Shown: positions 58,713-64,000 of the stretch, piece after piece
Layout: every line of letters begins with the position of its first letter
Position numbering within the stretch: position 1 is the stretch's first letter
Source: Patescibacteria group bacterium
GTDB lineage: Bacteria; Patescibacteriota; JACPGU01
Direction: 5' to 3'
Length of the DNA stretch: 64,000 nucleotides
Assembly (NCBI GenBank): GCA_028718745.1
Contig: JAQULF010000001.1
Coordinates: forward strand, 31,666 to 95,665
Program-made: the position numbers and the translations under genes
Notes under the pieces: model-generated
The model's input: the letters and a program-made list of their open reading frames with translations, nothing else
What the model was told of the DNA's origin: nothing
Database searches by the model: none

Positions 58713-59480
58713 TTAAAGTTCTTCGTCTTTCAATAATTCCGCCAATTTCTTCTCCAGCTGTTCTTTTCTTTCCGCTTCGGTCATTTGCTTCCTAACCGGT
58801 TTTCTCTCTTCCATTTCAGCTTCTTTGGCCGGTTTTTCCTTGTCCGCATCACTTTGTGAATCAATGTGGGCGGGTTCAACAATCTCTTCCTTAGCAATTT
58901 CTCTCTCCTTTTTATTTGTTTCAACCTCTCCCTGCTCGGGCGCAATATATTGCGCCCCTACGGGTTCGTCTGATTCTTCTTCTTGATTCTTGATTCCTAA
59001 TTCTTGATTCTCTTCTTTAATTTTCTCAACCGGAGCTTCAACCGCTTCTACACCAACTGGCGGATTTTCTTCTTTGACTTCCTCAACTTCTTTCTTTTTA
59101 GCAAACTTTCTTGGTCTTCTCGTTTCTTCTTCGTTCTTTTCCTCAAAACCTCTCTTCGGTTTATCTAGTGCTCCTTCTTCAAAGAAAGGGGATCCTTCTA
59201 TAAAATCGACGATCAAATAGCGGAGAATTTTTTCATTAAGGTTTAATTCTTTGTTTAATTTATTGGTTTCTTCAGGTTTAATATCAAAAATGAAGACATA
59301 ATAATAGCCAAAACTATTTTTGGCAATTTTATAGATCAATTTTCGCTTACCCCAAAAGACCTCTTTTTCAACCTTGCCGCCTTTGGATTCAATCAGTTTT
59401 TTGACATCTTTCGCAATATCCGCCGCTCTGTCTTCGGTGTAATTTTCACTAACAATAAACGAGATTTCGTATTTTTTCAT
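58713..59480 (-). CDS. rpsF: 30S ribosomal protein S6 with a long acidic C-terminal extension
   Basis: KYE..WGKRKL.YKI..GYY..ILRYLI within the first ~92 aa; rpsF-ssb-rpsR order. Confidence 0.93.
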   Translation of the reverse strand: MKKYEISFIVSENYTEDRAADIAKDVKKLIESKGGKVEKEVFWGKRKLIYKIAKNSFGYYYVFIFDIKPEETNKLNKELNLNEKILRYLIVDFIEGSPFFEEGALDKPKRGFEEKNEEETRRPRKFAKKKEVEEVKEENPPVGVEAVEAPVEKIKEENQELGIKNQEEESDEPVGAQYIAPEQGEVETNKKEREIAKEEIVEPAHIDSQSDADKEKPAKEAEMEERKPVRKQMTEAERKEQLEKKLAELLKDEEL

Positions 59481-59533
59481 TAAGTCTCCTTATGGTCTAT
59501 GCCTTACCTTTTAATTAAAGCAAGGAAGGATTA
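59481..59533 (-). promoter_or_regulatory. Candidate S6:S18 autoregulatory leader
   Basis: Minus strand UCCUU-CCUUGCUUU..AGGUAAGG-..ACCAU-AAGGAG: the outer stem sequesters the SD, with an inner hairpin and a CCA loop. Confidence 0.6.
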
Positions 59534-59674
59534 TTCATATTTATTCCATTTTAACACAAAAAAGATTCCGATTCAACTACTATCTTGGCAAATAAAAACC
59601 CTCACGCTTTTTGATTTCTAAAAATTGCGTAAGGGCTCGTATTCGTGTTGAGTGAGTTGGGTATTTTTGCTGTG

Positions 59675-60247
59675 TCAGGCAGCTTGGGAGACAATGGCAA
59701 CCCGATATTCGGGGCCAACCACTCCGTGTTCAGAGTCATTGACAACTTGCATCCAATGACCATCTTCGCGGAGAGCAAGCTGCCAAGAAAGGCCCCATCT
59801 TGTAGAAATTGATGAGTCCAATTGTTCGTACGGGTACTGCGCGGCCAGTGCAAGAAGTAACAGGGGGTGAACAAGCCTTTCTCCCTTATTCAGGCAGGAA
59901 TATACTTTCGCTCTTTCCGTATCCTCCTTTAGTTTGCGTAGAATGACTTCCGCATCACATATACCGGTAAAATCGAGTGGTGGCAAAGCTTTTGCAACAT
60001 CAATATGCTCAATGGGATGATACCAACGATGCTTGTTGGGAACATATACAGTATCGAAGTTGCACCGTCTTACCGCATCATCCCATGACACACTGGCGTC
60101 AAACCGAACAAGCAGAGTACCGGACAGTTGTTTGTGTACCCGCAATACTTGCTTGACCGACATACTGCCATCGCGAACTCGCCGAAAAACCTCGTGCTGT
60201 TGTCGAGCAATCTTTCCCAATTCTTCGTCGCCTGCGGCTCTCGCCAT
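59675..60247 (-). CDS. Hypothetical protein (GC-richer orphan)
   Basis: GGAGGTG SD; LLALAAQYP..Q..W; C-terminal YRVAIV. Confidence 0.75.
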   Translation of the reverse strand: MARAAGDEELGKIARQQHEVFRRVRDGSMSVKQVLRVHKQLSGTLLVRFDASVSWDDAVRRCNFDTVYVPNKHRWYHPIEHIDVAKALPPLDFTGICDAEVILRKLKEDTERAKVYSCLNKGERLVHPLLLLALAAQYPYEQLDSSISTRWGLSWQLALREDGHWMQVVNDSEHGVVGPEYRVAIVSQAA

Positions 60248-60431
60248 GACGACACCTCCATATAAGATTTTAAGGCGCGGTCTTCAGCCTTAATTAGTTA
60301 AATTATAGCACAATATAGCAAAAAAACAAATTAAATTTGTTTTTTTGATTTCTTGCTTTTTTGTTTTCTTATCCTATTTCCCCAAATTCCTCAACGCTTC
60401 TTTGAGTTTTTTTCGGAGTCTTTGACATTGC

Positions 60432-60689
60432 TTACTTATACAACTGGCTGTGAGTTCCGATGGCGATAAAGATAATATCGTCTGACTTTTCTTCAAAAAT
60501 AGCTCTGTAATTGCCAGAAACATTAATGCTTCTTAAACCATTTAATTTACCAGAAAGAGAATGGTTTTTTAGTATAGGATCATATTTGTCTGACTTAAAT
60601 ATTTCTAGTCTTTCTATAAACCTATCTTTAATTTCTTGAGGACATTTCTTAAACGCCTTATCAAATTTTTTAGAGGAGCCAACGATCAT
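60432..60689 (-). CDS. YafQ/RelE-family toxin
   Basis: FDKAFKK..LKNHSLSG..RSINVSGNYRAIF..IGTHSQLY. Confidence 0.9.
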   Translation of the reverse strand: MIVGSSKKFDKAFKKCPQEIKDRFIERLEIFKSDKYDPILKNHSLSGKLNGLRSINVSGNYRAIFEEKSDDIIFIAIGTHSQLYK

Positions 60690-60698
60690 AAAATATTT

Positions 60699-60977
60699 TT
60701 ATATTTGTTTTAGATGAGCTATAAAACTATCCATATTTTTAAAACTTTTCATCTTACCACTCTTATACTCTTCTTTGGCTTCTTTTATTGCTTCGAGTAA
60801 TTCATCCGAAGGATTGGACTCATCCTCATTTAAACTGATATGTAATTCTTTTTTAACTACAAATCTTCTTAAATAGATATTTAGAACATCACTCAAATTA
60901 AGTCCCATCTCCTCTGCAATTTTTTGAGCTTGGGTTTTGATTTTTTTGTCAGTTTTGAAATTGATAACAGTGGTCAT
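60699..60977 (-). CDS. RelB/DinJ antitoxin
   Basis: VINFKTDKKIKTQAQKIAEEMGLNLSDVLN. Confidence 0.9.
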   Translation of the reverse strand: MTTVINFKTDKKIKTQAQKIAEEMGLNLSDVLNIYLRRFVVKKELHISLNEDESNPSDELLEAIKEAKEEYKSGKMKSFKNMDSFIAHLKQI

Positions 60978-61088
60978 ATTTTTGAGTTAATTATATTGTA
61001 TATACATTATATATATACTGTAAATTCTGTCAATAATTGTCTTTCTTTCCCTAAATTTAAAATTTAATTTTTAATATTTAAAATCCCC

Positions 61089-61679
61089 CTATCCCTTCCC
61101 CAAATTTCTCAAAGCTTCTTTGAGTTTCTTTTCGGGATCTTTAATAGTGGCAGGAACCATTTTAATCGCGGCGCGAGCTTCGACACCGTTATAGCCAAGG
61201 CGAAGGAGAGCTTCATAGACATCCATGTTGGCTGAAGAACCGACATCAATAGATTTAGTGCCGATCGGACGAATGTCCCCGACTTTAATTTTATTTTTCA
61301 ATTCCATTACAATTCTTTGCGCGGTTTTGGTGCCGATACCGGAGATGTTGGTCAGAATTTCCGGGTTATCCGCGATCACCGCTTCGCGAATATCTTCAAG
61401 AGATGCGGCATTCAAAACGCTCAAAGCCACTTTCGGACCAATTCCTGAAATAGACAAAAGAAGTTCAAAAAATTCCTGCTCGTCATAAGTGTGAAAACCA
61501 TAAAGCGCTTGAGAGCTTTCGGTAATATGATGATAAATGTAAAAGGCAACCGCTTCGCCAACATTAGACAAATTTAAAACGGAATTGGGCACGAAAACCT
61601 TGTAGCCAACCCCATTGGTTTCTACAATTAACCAATTTTCTTTTGAGATTAAAACTTGACCTTTTATGCTTGCTATCAT
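61089..61679 (-). CDS. ruvA: Holliday junction branch migration protein RuvA
   Basis: MIASIKG, GVGYKV, LYGF, ISGIGPK, GIGTKTAQRI, ALLRLGY; start ATG 61679. Confidence 0.96.
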   Translation of the reverse strand: MIASIKGQVLISKENWLIVETNGVGYKVFVPNSVLNLSNVGEAVAFYIYHHITESSQALYGFHTYDEQEFFELLLSISGIGPKVALSVLNAASLEDIREAVIADNPEILTNISGIGTKTAQRIVMELKNKIKVGDIRPIGTKSIDVGSSANMDVYEALLRLGYNGVEARAAIKMVPATIKDPEKKLKEALRNLGKG

Positions 61680-61730
61680 GATAGTAGTATAGCATAATAA
61701 AAATAATACGAAAGTTTTAAATTGTTTTAT

Positions 61731-63374
61731 ATGCAGAAAACTAAACATCCTCTCGCTTTAATCATCCTCGATGGTTTTGGGACAAAAAAAGATCAGTTAG
61801 GCAACGCGATTGCATTGGCCCGCAAGCCTAACTTTGATTTCTTTTGCCAGTATTTTCCCAAAACTACCTTGGCTCACTCCGGATTGGCCGTGGGATTGCC
61901 CAGCGGAATTGTAGGAAATAGTGAAGTGGGACACAAAAGTATCGGCTGTGGCAGAGTTACTGTTCAAACTATGTTCGCCATTCAAAAATCCATGTTCTAT
62001 GGACAATTTTTTGATAATCCCGCTCTCAAAAAATCGATCGAACATGCTAGAGCTAATAATTCCAAACTGCATATCATCGGTCTTCTGTCTGATGGAGGAG
62101 GACATTCGCATATAGATCATCTTTTTGGTATATTCCGGCTTTTGATTGCTAATAATTTCAAGGAAAATGTCTATTTGCATTTTTTTAGCGATGGCCGAGA
62201 TGTCCCACCAAAATCCTTTTCAGAATATTTTCATTTGGTCAAAGAAACTCTGACTGATTCGGGTATTCACGCAAAAATAGCTTCTGTCGGCGGAAGATAT
62301 TGGGGAATGGACAGGGCGGAAAACTGGGATCGAATTGAGAAAAGCTATAACACTATGGTGGGAATTTCGGAAAATAAATTGGAAGAGAATAAGGTCTTGG
62401 ATTATTTCCAGAAATCCTATGAAAAAAATATAACCGATGAATTTATCGAACCGGCAACAATAGTGGATGAATCCGGTAAACCGGTCGGACCGGTCCAGGA
62501 TAATGATGCGGTTATCTTTTTTAATTTCCGCCCCGACAGAATGAGGCAGATTTTGCGTTGCTTTTTTGATGAGGACTTTCCTTATTTTGAAAGAAAAAAG
62601 CTCGACCATTTTCAAACTACTTATCTTAAAGAAATTCAAATAACCTCATTGACCGATTACGAAATCGATACGGACAAAAAAAGTATTTCGATTGCCTTTG
62701 CGGAAACAAAATTGGATGGCACTTTGGCCGAAGTATTGGCAAGACAAGGCTTAAGTCAATTGCATATCGCCGAAACGGAAAAACAAGCTCACATTACCTA
62801 TTTCTTGAATGGCGGAAATGAATCCAAAGAACCGGGTGAGGAACATCTGATTATCCCGTCAAAAAAAGTCAGAACTTATGATCTGGCCCCGGAAATGTCT
62901 ACGATAGAGATCGCCGATGCCTTGATTAAAAATCTAGCTCAAAAAAATTATGATTTTTACGCGGTCAATATCGCTAGTTCCGACATGGTGGGGCATACCG
63001 GAAATTTGGAAGCTGGGGTTAAGGCGATTGAAGCTATCGACGAGCAGTTGGGTAGAATTTATAAAGAGATAGAAAACCAAAATGGTTTTATGATGATTGT
63101 TTCCGATCATGGCAATGTTGAGGAGATGATCAATCCAACAACCGGCGAAATGGATACGGAACATAATGTTTATCCATCCCCATTTTTGCTGGTCTCGCCA
63201 AAATTAAAAAGAGAGACCCCGTCTTTCATGTCTCTGGAAGATATGGCCGTCAATCCTTCCGGAACCCTGGCCGATGTTATGCCAACTATTTTAGAGCTCT
63301 ATGATATACCTATGCCCGAGGTGAAAGTCTCACCGGAGCAGAAGGGAATTTCGTTAATTGGAAGATTAAGGTAG
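61731..63374 (+). CDS. gpmI: 2,3-bisphosphoglycerate-independent phosphoglycerate mutase
   Basis: LIILDGFG, GNSEVGH, DGRD, GRYWGMDR, AETEK, DMVGHTG, SDHGN. Confidence 0.96.
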   Translation: MQKTKHPLALIILDGFGTKKDQLGNAIALARKPNFDFFCQYFPKTTLAHSGLAVGLPSGIVGNSEVGHKSIGCGRVTVQTMFAIQKSMFYGQFFDNPALKKSIEHARANNSKLHIIGLLSDGGGHSHIDHLFGIFRLLIANNFKENVYLHFFSDGRDVPPKSFSEYFHLVKETLTDSGIHAKIASVGGRYWGMDRAENWDRIEKSYNTMVGISENKLEENKVLDYFQKSYEKNITDEFIEPATIVDESGKPVGPVQDNDAVIFFNFRPDRMRQILRCFFDEDFPYFERKKLDHFQTTYLKEIQITSLTDYEIDTDKKSISIAFAETKLDGTLAEVLARQGLSQLHIAETEKQAHITYFLNGGNESKEPGEEHLIIPSKKVRTYDLAPEMSTIEIADALIKNLAQKNYDFYAVNIASSDMVGHTGNLEAGVKAIEAIDEQLGRIYKEIENQNGFMMIVSDHGNVEEMINPTTGEMDTEHNVYPSPFLLVSPKLKRETPSFMSLEDMAVNPSGTLADVMPTILELYDIPMPEVKVSPEQKGISLIGRLR

Positions 63375-64000
63375 TTATCTATAATCTCTATCAGCAAATA
63401 CCACTAGCCGATTAGAATACTGATTGGTATATATATCCCATGCGCCAGCACAAGTAATAAGGTTGAGATGAGGTTTTCCGTCATTTGAAATAAAAATATC
63501 AGTCGCATTGTCTGTTGCGCCATAAGTTCGAATTTCGCGAATTATGAAGGGAATGGTTTTGCCGGTGTCATCCTCTACTATAATTACATAACCCGGCTTT
63601 ACTTCTTTGAGACCGGCGAATACCGCCGTAGCTCCATACCACCAGTCAACATGTCCGTCCATGACCGCACTTCCTAATTCTCCCGGTCGAGGTCCTGGCT
63701 CATACCAACCGGTGTTCATAGGATCTTTGGGCACATCCATCGATCCGTCATTTTTTAAGCCCACTCTTTCAACCGCGGCATCAACATTGATACTCGGAAT
63801 TTTTATCCGTACTGGCACCCCAATACTTTCCTGCGCAGGCATATTCGTAGCAACTTTAGAAATAACAGTGGATACAGGTATGCTAACACTCTTCTGGGCA
63901 GAAGCATTATATTGGGCAATATGACAAAACAGAAAAACTGATGCTATTGAAATAATAACGAATAATGCTAGCAAAACAATCAGGAACAGTTCTAGCGCCT
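63375..64000 (-). CDS. Class F sortase (5' end outside the window)
   Basis: PVRIKIPSI, GWY..GPRPGE.GSAV..GHVD, LNLITCAG, R; frame open to the window edge. Confidence 0.9.
   Translation of the reverse strand, partial: ALELFLIVLLALFVIISIASVFLFCHIAQYNASAQKSVSIPVSTVISKVATNMPAQESIGVPVRIKIPSINVDAAVERVGLKNDGSMDVPKDPMNTGWYEPGPRPGELGSAVMDGHVDWWYGATAVFAGLKEVKPGYVIIVEDDTGKTIPFIIREIRTYGATDNATDIFISNDGKPHLNLITCAGAWDIYTNQYSNRLVVFADRDYR

Larger units (their letters stand above)
60374..61088. mobile_element. TA islet bounded by a duplicated ruvA 3' end
   Basis: 60374-60426 resembles ruvA 61089-61145. Confidence 0.75.

Noticed and set aside
1-64000. CRISPR array or cas genes
   Set aside because: No 23-47-bp direct repeats with regular unique spacers; the tandem arrays have only 7-10-bp units
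1-64000. Genetic code 25 (TGA=Gly) as in Gracilibacteria/Absconditabacteria
   Set aside because: Conserved genes are full length under the standard code, and several ORFs end in TGA

Overview
AT-rich bacterial chromosome segment read with the standard code (TGA acts as stop). The gene content and style suggest a Patescibacteria/CPR genome (inference). Housekeeping genes: ppdK, lepA, murJ, ftsH, rplY, smpB, typA, tsaE, tsaB, trpS, tlyA, efp, rpsF-ssb-rpsR, ruvA, gpmI. RNA genes: tRNA-Ser(TGA), tRNA-Arg(GCG), tmRNA. Accessory content: a type II restriction-modification pair, four RelE/YafQ-type toxin-antitoxin pairs and many GC-richer orphan genes. Two patterns stand out. (1) Short palindromic REP/RPE-like elements sit in-frame inside lepA, tsaE (2), tsaB (4), tlyA and rpsF, and inside tmRNA; the tlyA element is identical to an intergenic copy. 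(2) Five gene ends are duplicated. The 3' ends of an AI-2E gene and of ruvA are repeated, with almost only synonymous changes, on the far side of TA-containing islets. The lepA 5' end and two tRNA T-arms are repeated with a hairpin element inserted in the copy. No integrase or transposase is visible. Many core genes look leaderless, while the orphans carry strong Shine-Dalgarno sites. All calls come from reading the sequence; no database searches were run.
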